A DNA stretch of 64,000 nucleotides from Vicingaceae bacterium. GTDB lineage: Bacteria; Bacteroidota; Bacteroidia; Flavobacteriales_E; Vicingaceae. Position 1 is the stretch's first letter. Each line of letters opens with the position of its first letter. The DNA lies in the NCBI GenBank assembly GCA_028245195.1, contig JAOKCF010000001.1:228326-292325 (forward strand). Reading direction: 5' to 3'. The translations under genes and the position numbers were made by a program. Below the pieces are notes generated by a model. The model did no database searches. It saw only the letters and a list, made by a program, of their open reading frames with translations, and was not told the origin of the DNA. Positions 51,449 to 61,192 of the stretch are shown here, in pieces.

Positions 51449-52220
51449 AAGGGGATGTGTACTTGAATTCAAAACCACTCTTTTTTATCGTATTGCAAGT
51501 TACTACTTTATCTTTTGAAAAGTCATGAATATCAAATTTAATCGCTTTCATTTGATATTGTTTTGCAATAGTGTTATAAAATGATTTTTTAAGTGGGTGG
51601 TTTTCTGAACACAAATTATAAACGCCAGACGTAAAGCAATTCAATACGTGCAAGATAGCCCCAACAGCATCCTGTCTGTGCAACAAATTTACCGGCACCA
51701 GAGGTTTGGAAACACCACTTCTCCCAGCCAAGTACTTTACTGGATGACGCTTCCCTCCAACGAGCCCAGCCAGCCTAAAAATTGCATATTTTTTAAATCT
51801 GTTTTGAATAAACTCCTCAATTTTCGCAATCTTTTTTGCTGAAGCTGAAGAAGGATTAATCAAACTGTCTTCATTAACCTCCCTTTCTTCATTCCCATAA
51901 ACCGAAGTTGAACTGGTATATATAATTGTCACATGAGGATTAATTTCTAAAACTTTACCAAGAAATGAATTACTTATCTCAGCATATTTATCACTACTTG
52001 ATGGTGGTATAGTATATATTAGAACGTCGCAGCCCGTCAGGAAATTAACATCCACATTGTTCAAGTTAAAAACTTTAACGCTATCAATTTTCCGTTCCAA
52101 CACTTCCACCTTCGATGCAGAAGTTGTTGTTCCTATGACATGATGTCCCAGCTTTTTTAATGCAACCGCAAGTTCTTCCCCTAACCAACCTATTCCTACT
52201 ATACAAACACGTTTCATCAT
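51426..52220 (-). CDS. NAD(P)-binding Rossmann-fold protein (epimerase/SDR-like)
   Basis: MMKRVCIVGIGWLGEELA contains GxGxxG. The start is at complement 52218-52220. Confidence 0.7.
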   Translation of the reverse strand: MMKRVCIVGIGWLGEELAVALKKLGHHVIGTTTSASKVEVLERKIDSVKVFNLNNVDVNFLTGCDVLIYTIPPSSSDKYAEISNSFLGKVLEINPHVTIIYTSSTSVYGNEEREVNEDSLINPSSASAKKIAKIEEFIQNRFKKYAIFRLAGLVGGKRHPVKYLAGRSGVSKPLVPVNLLHRQDAVGAILHVLNCFTSGVYNLCSENHPLKKSFYNTIAKQYQMKAIKFDIHDFSKDKVVTCNTIKKSGFEFKYTSPYDFPFDM

Positions 52221-52262
52221 AAAAAATCTCCTAATTTTAGCCTTTCCTATAGCAAGTAGAAT

Positions 52263-53063
52263 ATGGCCTTCGAATTTCATAAAGATAAAGACACTTACAT
52301 AAAATGGCAGTATGAAAATGCTAAAAACTACGTAATACCCTTTATTGAAGAATCAGTTCCACTGCGCAAAGGAATGAGGGTAATGGAAATTGGTTGTGCT
52401 GAAGGAGGTGTATTAAAAGCATTTACCGACAAAGGCTGTTTCGGTTTTGGAGTAGAACTGCAGGATTCTAGATTAAAAATAGCCGAAAAGGTCTTTGAAA
52501 AAGAATTAAAAGAGGGCACAGCAAAATTAATGAGCAGGAATATCTATGATATGGACTTGCAAAATGATATTGATGAAAAATTTGACCTTATAATTTTAAA
52601 AGATGTTATTGAACACATTCACGATCAGGACCGATTTTTAGATTACATCAGAGATTTTCTTAAACCGAACGGGCATATCTTTTTTGGATTCCCCCCTTGG
52701 CAAATGCCTTTTGGCGGCCATCAGCAACTGGTTAACGGCAAGTTACTTTCAAAAGTACCATACTATCACCTACTGCCCGTGCCACTCTATAAATTACTCC
52801 TTAAAATAGGTGGAGAGAGCGAGGCGAAGATTGAAGGAATGGTCGAAATAAAAGAAACAGGAATTAGCATTGAACGCTTCGAAAGGTTGTGCAGAAAGAA
52901 CAAGTATAGCATTCCACTAAAGCAGTTTTACTTAATTAACCCCATTTACAAGTACAAATTCAATTTAAAGCCAAGAAATCAGCTTCCTTTCATAGGTGCT
53001 ATTCCTTATTTCAGAAATTATTGGACATCTTGTGTGTATTACTTGATCCGAAAAGAAGCTTAA
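52263..53063 (+). CDS. class I SAM-dependent methyltransferase
   Basis: Motif I VMEIGCAEGGVL and motif II-like DLIILKDVIEH. Length is 266 aa. Confidence 0.8.
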   Translation: MAFEFHKDKDTYIKWQYENAKNYVIPFIEESVPLRKGMRVMEIGCAEGGVLKAFTDKGCFGFGVELQDSRLKIAEKVFEKELKEGTAKLMSRNIYDMDLQNDIDEKFDLIILKDVIEHIHDQDRFLDYIRDFLKPNGHIFFGFPPWQMPFGGHQQLVNGKLLSKVPYYHLLPVPLYKLLLKIGGESEAKIEGMVEIKETGISIERFERLCRKNKYSIPLKQFYLINPIYKYKFNLKPRNQLPFIGAIPYFRNYWTSCVYYLIRKEA

Positions 53064-53112
53064 TCTAGGACCTTTCTTTTTAAAACCATCTATAATACTA
53101 ACAGGTATAAAT

Positions 53113-53150
53113 AAAAAAAGATGCTCCATTTACTTGGAGCATCTTTTTTT
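53113..53150. terminator. bidirectional Rho-independent terminator (methyltransferase / sucC)
   Basis: A7, then stem GATGCTCCA/TGGAGCATC, then T7. Confidence 0.8.
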
Positions 53151-53171
53151 ATTTACTTTGAGACAGTATAT

Positions 53172-54362
53172 TTATGCTAAAACCTCAGCAACCTTGTCAG
53201 CGGCTTCTTGCAACAAAATTGCAGAGTGCACCTTCAATCCTGACTCATCAATAATTTTCTTTGCCTCTACTGCATTGGTTCCTTGTAAACGAACGATAAT
53301 TGGCACAGGAATCTCTCCGATATTTTTATAGGCATCAACCACTCCTTGAGCAACTCTGTCACACCGCACAATACCACCAAAAATGTTCACCAAAATGGCC
53401 TTAACATTTTTATCTTTTAAAATAATTCTAAATGCTTTTTCTACTCTTTCAGCATTCGCTGTACCCCCAACATCTAGGAAGTTTGCAGGATTTCCACCGC
53501 TCAATTTAATAATGTCCATTGTTGCCATTGCCAAACCTGCTCCGTTTACCATACAACCAACGTTACCGTCTAAGTTCACGAAATTCAAACCTGCTTCACC
53601 TGCTTCAACTTCTGTTGCATCCTCTTCTCGTATATCTCGCATTGCTGCTAAATCCTTGTGACGATATAACGCATTCTCATCTAAACTAACTTTAGAATCA
53701 ACAGCAATGATCTTATCATCAGAAGTTTTCAGAACCGGATTAATTTCAAATAAACTAGCATCAATTGAATCATAAGCTTTGTATAAAGCAAAAATAAACT
53801 TCACCATCTGCTTAAACGCATTACCAGAAAGGCCTAGGTTAAATGCTATTTTTCTTGCTTGAAAACCTTGCAAACCAACTGAAGGATCAATTTCTTCATG
53901 AAAAATCAAATGAGGAGTAGCTTCAGCCACAGCTTCAATATCCATTCCACCTTCAGTAGAATACATGATCATGTTTCTACCTATCGCTCTATTTAGAAGC
54001 ACACTTAAATAAAACTCTTCTGTTTCACTTTCTCCAGGATAATATACATCTTGCGCAACAAGCACTTGATGCACCCTTTTACCTTCTGCCGAAGTTTGAG
54101 GAGTAACTAAATCCATTCCAATGATATCATTAGAAATTGATCTTACCTCGTCTAACGACTTTGCCAACTTAACGCCTCCGCCTTTTCCACGACCACCAGC
54201 ATGCACTTGAGCTTTAATCACCCACCATTCTGTTCCAGTTTGCTCCGTCAATTTCTTTGCCGCCTCAACAGCCTCTTCAGGAGTTTGAGCTACAATACCT
54301 TCTTGTATAGCAACACCAAATCCTTTTAGTGTTGCTTTTGCTTGATATTCGTGAATATTCAT
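53172..54362 (-). CDS. sucC: succinate--CoA ligase (ADP-forming) subunit beta
   Basis: MNIHEYQAKATLKGFGV, VIKAQVHAGGRGKGGGVK and NIFGGIVRCD. Length is 396 aa. Confidence 0.96.
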   Translation of the reverse strand: MNIHEYQAKATLKGFGVAIQEGIVAQTPEEAVEAAKKLTEQTGTEWWVIKAQVHAGGRGKGGGVKLAKSLDEVRSISNDIIGMDLVTPQTSAEGKRVHQVLVAQDVYYPGESETEEFYLSVLLNRAIGRNMIMYSTEGGMDIEAVAEATPHLIFHEEIDPSVGLQGFQARKIAFNLGLSGNAFKQMVKFIFALYKAYDSIDASLFEINPVLKTSDDKIIAVDSKVSLDENALYRHKDLAAMRDIREEDATEVEAGEAGLNFVNLDGNVGCMVNGAGLAMATMDIIKLSGGNPANFLDVGGTANAERVEKAFRIILKDKNVKAILVNIFGGIVRCDRVAQGVVDAYKNIGEIPVPIIVRLQGTNAVEAKKIIDESGLKVHSAILLQEAADKVAEVLA

Positions 54363-54517
54363 GTGCTATTTGTTTTATTTTTTGGACTTCAAAAGTAAAT
54401 TTTTGCCCTCGAAATAAAAAGTGTTTTTTGACATTATTCAATTTAAAATAAAGGTCCCTGCCGAATCGTCATTATAACTTGAAAGAATTCCTAAATTCGT
54501 GCTTCAAAGTATTGATT

Positions 54518-55171
54518 TTGATTGTAGCAAAAAATATTCACAAAGCGTTTGTTGACGTAAAAATTTTAAAAGGAGTTGACCTTGAAGTGAAGAACGGAGA
54601 AATCGTTTCAATTATCGGCAGCTCAGGAGCAGGAAAGACGACATTGCTTCAAGTTTTAGGCACACTAACCAATGCTGACCAAGGTGAAGTATTTTATGAC
54701 AACACCAACATTTCTAAACTAAACGACAAAGAACTAGCCGACTTTAGAAATAAAAACATTGGGTTTATTTTTCAATTTCATCATTTACTACCAGAATTTA
54801 CGGCATTAGAAAACGTTTGCATGCCCGCATTCATTTCAGGAATTTCGAAAAAGCAAGCAGAAGAGAAAGCAAAAGCATTACTCGATAAATTGGGACTAAG
54901 CCATCGTTTGAATCACAAACCAAATGAGCTTTCTGGAGGTGAGCAGCAGAGAGTTGCGACCGCTAGAGCATTGATTAATTCGCCAAAAATAATTTTTGCA
55001 GATGAGCCATCAGGTAATCTCGATAGCAAGAATGCAAATGATTTACATCAATTGTTCTTTGACTTGCGAAAAGAATTCGATCAAACCTTCGTCATTGTTA
55101 CTCACGACCATTCGCTTGCTAAAATCTGTGATCGCTCATTAGAAATGAACGATGGATCTTTCGTTGGTTAA
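54518..55171 (+). CDS. ABC transporter ATP-binding protein, LolD/MacB-ATPase-like
   Basis: Walker [10 protein letters not shown], signature [10 protein letters not shown], Walker [13 protein letters not shown]. No in-frame ATG precedes the conserved N-terminus [10 protein letters not shown], so a TTG at 54518 (or 54512 or 54479) must serve as the start. Confidence 0.85.
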   Translation: MIVAKNIHKAFVDVKILKGVDLEVKNGEIVSIIGSSGAGKTTLLQVLGTLTNADQGEVFYDNTNISKLNDKELADFRNKNIGFIFQFHHLLPEFTALENVCMPAFISGISKKQAEEKAKALLDKLGLSHRLNHKPNELSGGEQQRVATARALINSPKIIFADEPSGNLDSKNANDLHQLFFDLRKEFDQTFVIVTHDHSLAKICDRSLEMNDGSFVG

Positions 55172-55245
55172 AGTTTTATACTTCATCCTTACTTCTATAA
55201 ATTATTTCTAATTTTATCTTTAATTAGAACTAATCTTGCATTCTT

Positions 55246-58200
55246 ATGAAGAAAATAATTACACTGTTTTTTGCACTTGCCATCGGTTTTGGCAGTTCTG
55301 CTCAAATTTACTTGGATGAAGACTTTAGCACATTTGTTAATCCCGTTTTACCTCCTTTATCAAGTGGATGGAAAAATGCAGATAGCATTTCGAATAGGAT
55401 GTCAGATTCAATTTGGAGATTTGACAACCCTGGCATTAGAACTCCATCACTTCCAATAACTACTCCATTTGCGAGTGCTGACGGTGATTGGCATGGGACC
55501 CCATGGAATGATGACACTTATTTATCTTCAACTAATTTTGATGCTAGTCTGGCATCAGTCGTAATTTTAGAGTTCGACCATTACTATAGAACGATTGGAA
55601 CGGGCACAGGAGAACTACAGATTTATAATGGAACTAATTGGGTGACCGATACTTTCTTCACTGTAAATACGGACCCGACGGTTTCATTTATTACTACTCA
55701 TGAGGTAATTGATATTTCTCAATATGTTGTAGGAATTTCAAATGCTCAAATTCGGTTTAGGTATACAGACCCAGGTTGGGGTTGGTATTGGATTTTAGAC
55801 AACGTAATAGTCTTTCAACCAGTACCAGATGATGCTGCAGTAGTTTCTGTTGACTCTTTACCTGTTTCTGCTTGCAGCTTGGATTCCAATGAAACAATTA
55901 CTGCCAGCGTGGTCAACTTTGGTTCAACCGTTATCAGAAATATACCAATTCGATATTCCATCAATGGAGGAGCCATTGTTCCTGAAACTATTATAGACTC
56001 TATTATTCCAGGAGATACGTTGCAATATAGCTTTGCTACAAAAGCGAATTTGTCTGCTGCCGGATCATATAACATTGTTGTTTACTCTGCCATTAGAGGT
56101 GATAACAACAACGTGAACGATAGCGCATTTTTTACAACTACTTTGAATCCTGCAATAACAAGCTATCCTTATAGTGAAGGATTTGAAAGTGGCAATGGCG
56201 CTTGGGTTTCTGGTGGCGTGAATAGTACTTGGGCTGTAGGTATTCCTTCAGGAACAATTATCAATAGCGCAGCAAATGGTCTTAACGCATACGTAACTAA
56301 TCCCACAGGTGACTACTTAAACGGAGATGCTTCTTTTGTACTTAGCCCATGTTTTGACTTTTCAAGTTTAAACGCACCTCAAATTAAAATGAACATTTGG
56401 TATGATTCAGAATCTTCTTGGGATGGCGCTGTTTTGCAGATGACTATTAATGATGGAATTACTTGGACGCAAGTTGGTGCTTTTGGAAACCCCAATAACT
56501 GGTACAACGACAACACAATTAATGGTCTTCAAGCTGCAGGTTTTTCAGGAGCTGGTTGGACCATCGCTGGAGGTCTCGGTTCTGGCGGCTGGTTATTAGC
56601 TGAACACGATTTACCGTCCTCTGCCAATGAACCTTCAGTTCGTTTTAGAGTTTTCCATGGTACAGATGGTTCTGTTACAAGAGACGGATTTGCATTTGAT
56701 GATATTATTATTCAAGATGCGCCAGCTATCGATGTCGGAATCACTTCATTCACTTCTCCAGTTTCTGGCTGCGGTTTGGGTGCTGCCGATTCTGTTTGTG
56801 TTACCATGATTAATTATGGATCTTCTCCGGCAGTCAATATACCAGTAGCATACGAGTTTAGTAGCCAACAATTCACTGATACAGCATTCATTACCTTAAA
56901 TCCTGGAGACTCAACTACCTTCTGCTTTAGCTCGACAATAAATGTATCTATCAACGGAACGTACAACATTAAATCATACTCAATGGCTGCAGGTGATGGC
57001 AATGCTCTAAACGACACAGCTAACTTTACCTTTGATCATTTACCATTAATTTCAAACTTCCCCTACATAGAAGGATTTGAAAATGGTAGTGGTGGTTGGA
57101 TTTCTAGTGGAATTAACAATTCGTGGTCAATTGGAGTGCCTAATGGCTCTGTAATTAACACTGCGGCAGGAGGTTTTGGAGCATGGGTAACCAACTTAAC
57201 TGGAAACCATAACAATAACGAGAATTCATTTATTGAATCACCTTGTCTAGATTTATCTTCATTAACTGTTGACCCAATTTTATACTTTTCGCTGACTTAC
57301 GATACAGAATCGTGTTGTGATGAAGGTTGGGTAGACTATTCAACTGATGGAGGAAATACATGGTCCAGACTAATAGATAATGGTGGCGCTTTAGAATGGT
57401 ATAACGATCTAGGAAACCAATGGTGGGATGGAACCTCATCAGGAGGAGCCGGAGTATGGGTAAATGCAGAGAACGAACTTGATGGTCTTGCAGGTCAAGC
57501 AAGTGTTAAGATTAGATTTGGCTTCAGTTCAGATGGCAGTGTAGCTAGAGAAGGAGTTGGTATCGACAATGTTCGAATTGACCTACCACCTAGAACAGAT
57601 GTAGGAGCAATAGCTTTAACTTCACCGGTAACAGGCTGTGGATTGAGTAGTTCAGATTCAGTAAGAGTTCAAATCCAAAACTTTGGAGCAGATACATTAA
57701 CTTCTACTCCAGTAAGTTATGAATTGAATGGAGGAGCTGCTGTTACAGAAACAATAACTACAACTGTTTTACCTGGAGCTACTTTGTCCTATACCTTTAC
57801 TTCAACTTTAGTGAACTTATCTGTTCCAGGTAATTATTCTTTTAAAGTTTACACAGGGGCTGCCTTGGATGGAAATCCATTGAATGATACCATTACAGCA
57901 ACAATAGCGAGTATTCCAATTGCGACGTTCCCATATTCTGAAGGCTTTGAAACCAGTAATGGTGGATGGACAACCTCAGGAGCCGCCTCATCATGGGCGT
58001 GGGGAACACCCGCAGGATCTGTTATTTCAAGTGCGGCAACAGGAACTGGAGCATGGGTGACTAACTTGTCGGGTTTTTACAACAATAGGGAGACGTCTTA
58101 TGTAGAGTCTCCTTGTTTTGATCTTTCTGCACAAACAATGGATCCAGTATTGAGATTCTCTCTTACTTTCGACACGGAGTCTTGCTGTGATGAAGGCTGG

Positions 58201-58734
58201 GTAGATGTTTCAACTGACGGTGGAGTAACTTGGACTAAGTCAATTGACTTAGGAGGAGCTCAGAACTGGTATAACGATTTGGGTAACCAATGGTGGGACG
58301 GAGCGAATGTTTCAGGTTCTGGTATTTGGGATTCAACATCAAACATATTGACAGGTGTTGCAGGATTCCCAAGTGTGAAATTTAGATTTGCATTTAGTTC
58401 AGACGGATCTGCAGTTAGAGAAGGATTTGGAGTAGATAATGTTTCACTCGATATGCCTGTATCTATTCAAGATGCAAGTCCCGAAGAAGGAATAGTCTTC
58501 TCATTGTATCCAAACCCTACGAAAGAAGAATTCACTTTAGTAGCACCAACAACTAAGGAATCTCTAACTATTGAAATTTTAGATACAAAAGGTCAATTGG
58601 TATATCGCAAAGAAATACCTGCCATAAGTGCTAGAATCCATAAAATCGACATCAGTTCTATTGCGAACGGAATTTACTTTGTAAAAATCAATAGTGGAAG
58701 TATTTTTAAAATTGAAAAGCTAATTATTCAATAG
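55246..58734 (+). CDS. T9SS-sorted modular surface protein (jelly-roll/MAM-like and CARDB-like modules plus C-terminal sorting domain)
   Basis: Signal peptide MKKIITLFFALAIGFGSSAQ. Three units of about 290 aa repeat. The C-terminus LYPNPTKEEFTLVA...NGIYFVKINSGSIFKIEKLIIQ is typical of a Por secretion tail. Confidence 0.8.
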   Translation: MKKIITLFFALAIGFGSSAQIYLDEDFSTFVNPVLPPLSSGWKNADSISNRMSDSIWRFDNPGIRTPSLPITTPFASADGDWHGTPWNDDTYLSSTNFDASLASVVILEFDHYYRTIGTGTGELQIYNGTNWVTDTFFTVNTDPTVSFITTHEVIDISQYVVGISNAQIRFRYTDPGWGWYWILDNVIVFQPVPDDAAVVSVDSLPVSACSLDSNETITASVVNFGSTVIRNIPIRYSINGGAIVPETIIDSIIPGDTLQYSFATKANLSAAGSYNIVVYSAIRGDNNNVNDSAFFTTTLNPAITSYPYSEGFESGNGAWVSGGVNSTWAVGIPSGTIINSAANGLNAYVTNPTGDYLNGDASFVLSPCFDFSSLNAPQIKMNIWYDSESSWDGAVLQMTINDGITWTQVGAFGNPNNWYNDNTINGLQAAGFSGAGWTIAGGLGSGGWLLAEHDLPSSANEPSVRFRVFHGTDGSVTRDGFAFDDIIIQDAPAIDVGITSFTSPVSGCGLGAADSVCVTMINYGSSPAVNIPVAYEFSSQQFTDTAFITLNPGDSTTFCFSSTINVSINGTYNIKSYSMAAGDGNALNDTANFTFDHLPLISNFPYIEGFENGSGGWISSGINNSWSIGVPNGSVINTAAGGFGAWVTNLTGNHNNNENSFIESPCLDLSSLTVDPILYFSLTYDTESCCDEGWVDYSTDGGNTWSRLIDNGGALEWYNDLGNQWWDGTSSGGAGVWVNAENELDGLAGQASVKIRFGFSSDGSVAREGVGIDNVRIDLPPRTDVGAIALTSPVTGCGLSSSDSVRVQIQNFGADTLTSTPVSYELNGGAAVTETITTTVLPGATLSYTFTSTLVNLSVPGNYSFKVYTGAALDGNPLNDTITATIASIPIATFPYSEGFETSNGGWTTSGAASSWAWGTPAGSVISSAATGTGAWVTNLSGFYNNRETSYVESPCFDLSAQTMDPVLRFSLTFDTESCCDEGWVDVSTDGGVTWTKSIDLGGAQNWYNDLGNQWWDGANVSGSGIWDSTSNILTGVAGFPSVKFRFAFSSDGSAVREGFGVDNVSLDMPVSIQDASPEEGIVFSLYPNPTKEEFTLVAPTTKESLTIEILDTKGQLVYRKEIPAISARIHKIDISSIANGIYFVKINSGSIFKIEKLIIQ
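55831..58455 (+). repeat. three tandem intragenic units of about 870 nt (about 290 aa)
   Basis: The units span approximately aa 196-490, 491-780 and 781-1070. Each is a CARDB-like stretch (xVGxxSxxSPVSGCGL...) followed by FPYxEGFExxxGGW...AWVTN...SPCxDLS...IRFxFSSDGSxxREGxGxDNV. Units 2 and 3 are clearly the most similar by eye. Confidence 0.75.
58495..58731 (+). other. T9SS C-terminal sorting domain of the modular protein
   Basis: VFSLYPNPTKEEFTLVAPTTKESLTIEILDTKGQLVYRKEI...IANGIYFVKI...KLIIQ. Confidence 0.8.
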
Positions 58735-58754
58735 CATTAAAAGTAACTCAACAG

Positions 58755-58791
58755 AAAAGCCCCTTTCCGAAATTCGGGGAGGGGCTTTTTT
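58755..58791. terminator. bidirectional terminator (modular protein gene / rnpB)
   Basis: 12-bp stem GCCCCTTTCCGA/TCGGGGAGGGGC (two G-U pairs) with a 3-nt loop. It is flanked by A4 and T6. Confidence 0.85.
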
Positions 58792-58795
58792 AATA

Positions 58796-59121
58796 AATAA
58801 ATCTATAAGCCAGATTCTGTTATCTCAAAGAGATATTCTATCATTTATCTTCGCAGTCTACCCTCCGGAAGAGCGAGTAACCCCATTTCCGGTTTATTTG
58901 ACCTTGCAGCCCATAAGGTTTGCCTAGCCTCCTTTGTTGCCATTGGAGCGGTGAGCTCTTACCTCACCTTTTCACCCTTATTCCGATAAATCGGAACGGT
59001 TTATTTTCTGTTGCACTAGCTGTTTCCAATAAATTGGAACCCTCACTTTCATAAGGTATGGTACTCTATGCTGTCCGGACTTTCCTTACCAATTACTTGG
59101 CACGATAGAACGATTTATTAG
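58796..59121 (-). ncRNA. rnpB: RNase P RNA, bacterial type A
   Basis: The reverse complement contains GGAAAGUCCGGAC, ACAGAAAAUA, AAGGGUGAAAAGGUGAGGUAAGAGCUCACC, GGCAAACC and ACAGAAUCUGGCUUAU in the canonical order. The P1 pairing is AAUAAAUC (5' end, 59112-59119) with GAUUUAUU (3' end, 58796-58803). The ends are approximate. Confidence 0.9.
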
Positions 59122-59141
59122 TGCAAAAGTAAGCCTAATCT

Positions 59142-59690
59142 TCAATCAAATTGGTGAATAATTAACTCTGTTGCTCCACCACCGTATTTTTGATAATTCC
59201 CATCCAAAAATTCTATTTCTGGATATGAATCGGTAAGTAACTTCCTAATTTCTAGTCGAAGCTTCCCCTTCCCTACACCATGAACGATAACAAATTTCCG
59301 AATGCGTTGACGATTCGCTTCCCGTATTAACTCTGTCACAATGTCAAGTTGCAACTCTAATGCTTCCAAATCTGAATAACGTTGATAATCTAGTGGAATA
59401 AGAGCCTCTAAGTGAAGGTCTACAGTTGTATTCTTAGTATTAAATTGAAGTTGAACAACGTTTGAGGGTGAACTAACATTTCTCTTAACTGGGCTTTCTA
59501 ATTCAGATGTTAACTTAGGTTGATTTTCTACATTTCCTTCTTCGTTAATCTTGTATACTTTCTCCTTTGGGAAAGTATATTCAAATCCATCAGGACATTG
59601 GATAGTAACACTAACCTCAGTAAATGAAAGTAAAACACCTTCCAACCTTTCATCTGTAACATATATTTGATCGCCAACAGATAGATTCAT
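59142..59690 (-). CDS. Smr (MutS2 C-terminal-like) domain protein
   Basis: The C-terminal Smr motif region is DLHLEAL...RKFVIVHGVGKGKLRLEIRKLL. Length is 182 aa. Confidence 0.75.
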   Translation of the reverse strand: MNLSVGDQIYVTDERLEGVLLSFTEVSVTIQCPDGFEYTFPKEKVYKINEEGNVENQPKLTSELESPVKRNVSSPSNVVQLQFNTKNTTVDLHLEALIPLDYQRYSDLEALELQLDIVTELIREANRQRIRKFVIVHGVGKGKLRLEIRKLLTDSYPEIEFLDGNYQKYGGGATELIIHQFD

Positions 59691-59726
59691 TATTTTAGTC
59701 CTTTAATGCAAAGATAAAAAGAGCAT

Positions 59727-60284
59727 ATGAATAACAAAGAGAATCCTTGGAAGACTTTGGAAAAGAAAACCGTTTATGAAAACCCTTGGATTAAGGTTGA
59801 ACATCATGAAGTATTAAATCCTAGCGGACAACCAGGAGTGTACGGTAGAGTCGCTTTTCAAAATATTGCTATTGGAATAATCCCAATAGATCAAAACAAT
59901 TGCACCTTTTTAGTAGGTCAATTCCGATTTCCACTGAACACTTATTCTTGGGAAATTCCTGAAGGTGGTTGCAAACTCAACACAGATCCTTTAACAACAG
60001 CAAAAAGAGAATTAAAAGAAGAAACGGGAATTGTTGCTCAAGGTTGGGAAAAGTTACAGACCATTCATACTAGTAACTCAGTAACAGATGAATTTGGAAT
60101 TATATACTCCGCTGAAAACCTTGAATTTTTCGAGGCTATCCCAGATGAAGATGAAGATTTAAAGATCCGAAGAGTTTCGTTAAGCGAAGCACTAACCATG
60201 GTTAAACAGGGAGAAATTACAGATAGCCTCAGCATAGCAGGGATACTGAGGCTGCACCTCGAAAGACCAGAGTTATTTGACTAA
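59727..60284 (+). CDS. NUDIX hydrolase (ADP-ribose pyrophosphatase-like)
   Basis: Nudix box GGCKLNTDPLTTAKRELKEETGI. Length is 185 aa. Confidence 0.85.
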   Translation: MNNKENPWKTLEKKTVYENPWIKVEHHEVLNPSGQPGVYGRVAFQNIAIGIIPIDQNNCTFLVGQFRFPLNTYSWEIPEGGCKLNTDPLTTAKRELKEETGIVAQGWEKLQTIHTSNSVTDEFGIIYSAENLEFFEAIPDEDEDLKIRRVSLSEALTMVKQGEITDSLSIAGILRLHLERPELFD

Positions 60285-60297
60285 CTCACAATATAAA

Positions 60298-61191
60298 TTA
60301 AAAGTAAAGTGTTCTAAACTGAACGTTACTTCCATTTTTAAACTCCAAACTAGGAGCTGGTATCTTAATACAATTCGCCACCTTAAAAACCCATTTTAAC
60401 CATTCCTTCTTTGTTTCTATTTGCTCCCAGTCTACATCTAAACTTATGTAGTACTGACATCTTGCGTTGTAATCATTACCATTAAATGAACTTCTAGTTT
60501 GGTCTGCAAATATCATTTGATCTGCTCCCAAGCCAAAAGCTATGGATAGCCACCTAGGCTTTATACTTGAGTGAATTGAGTTTAAATTTACTTCAGCCCA
60601 GTAAGTCTGGCCATTGTAGTCTTTAAATGCCTTTTCTAACAAACTAGAACCCAACACATTTGGCCTAAGGTCTGCATACTTCGAAGGATAAAAAGAATAC
60701 TTTAATTGAACAACTTGACGTTTTAAAAAATACTCTTGAGCTGCAAAAAGGGCAATTCCAGACGTATTTGCAGCAAAGTCTCCCCAAGAAAAACCCCATT
60801 CTTTACTAAAGCCATCAAAAACCTCAACAGTTGTTAGAAAAGCGAAACTTGAAACACTTGAATATAATAACGCCTGATTTCTACTCTTCTCATCCTTTTG
60901 ATAATGAATATCGTAAGATAATTTGGACAGCGTAAACGTTGAATATACATGACCTACTTTGTCCATTTGAAGCCACTCTTGATTGTCATTAAAAGAATGC
61001 AATCCACTTCTTTCATAGTCATTGTACCAAAGAGCATTTAGACCCACTAACCCTGCACCATAAACTGCAGCAGAATATAAAATAACCTTTCTATTTTTAA
61101 CTTTACTGTCTAATGTATCTTGCCCACAAACAGTTGCAGCAGGTAAAATGCCTGCTGCAACAATTATTATGTATCTCAGAAATCGAGTCAA
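60298..61191 (-). CDS. DUF2279-like protein
   Basis: Signal-like N-terminus, then YGAGLVGLNALWYNDYERSGLHSFNDNQEWLQMDKVGHVYS. The TTG start (complement 61189-61191) lies directly after the stop of the upstream M4 peptidase gene. Confidence 0.6.
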   Translation of the reverse strand: MTRFLRYIIIVAAGILPAATVCGQDTLDSKVKNRKVILYSAAVYGAGLVGLNALWYNDYERSGLHSFNDNQEWLQMDKVGHVYSTFTLSKLSYDIHYQKDEKSRNQALLYSSVSSFAFLTTVEVFDGFSKEWGFSWGDFAANTSGIALFAAQEYFLKRQVVQLKYSFYPSKYADLRPNVLGSSLLEKAFKDYNGQTYWAEVNLNSIHSSIKPRWLSIAFGLGADQMIFADQTRSSFNGNDYNARCQYYISLDVDWEQIETKKEWLKWVFKVANCIKIPAPSLEFKNGSNVQFRTLYF

Positions 61192-61192
61192 A

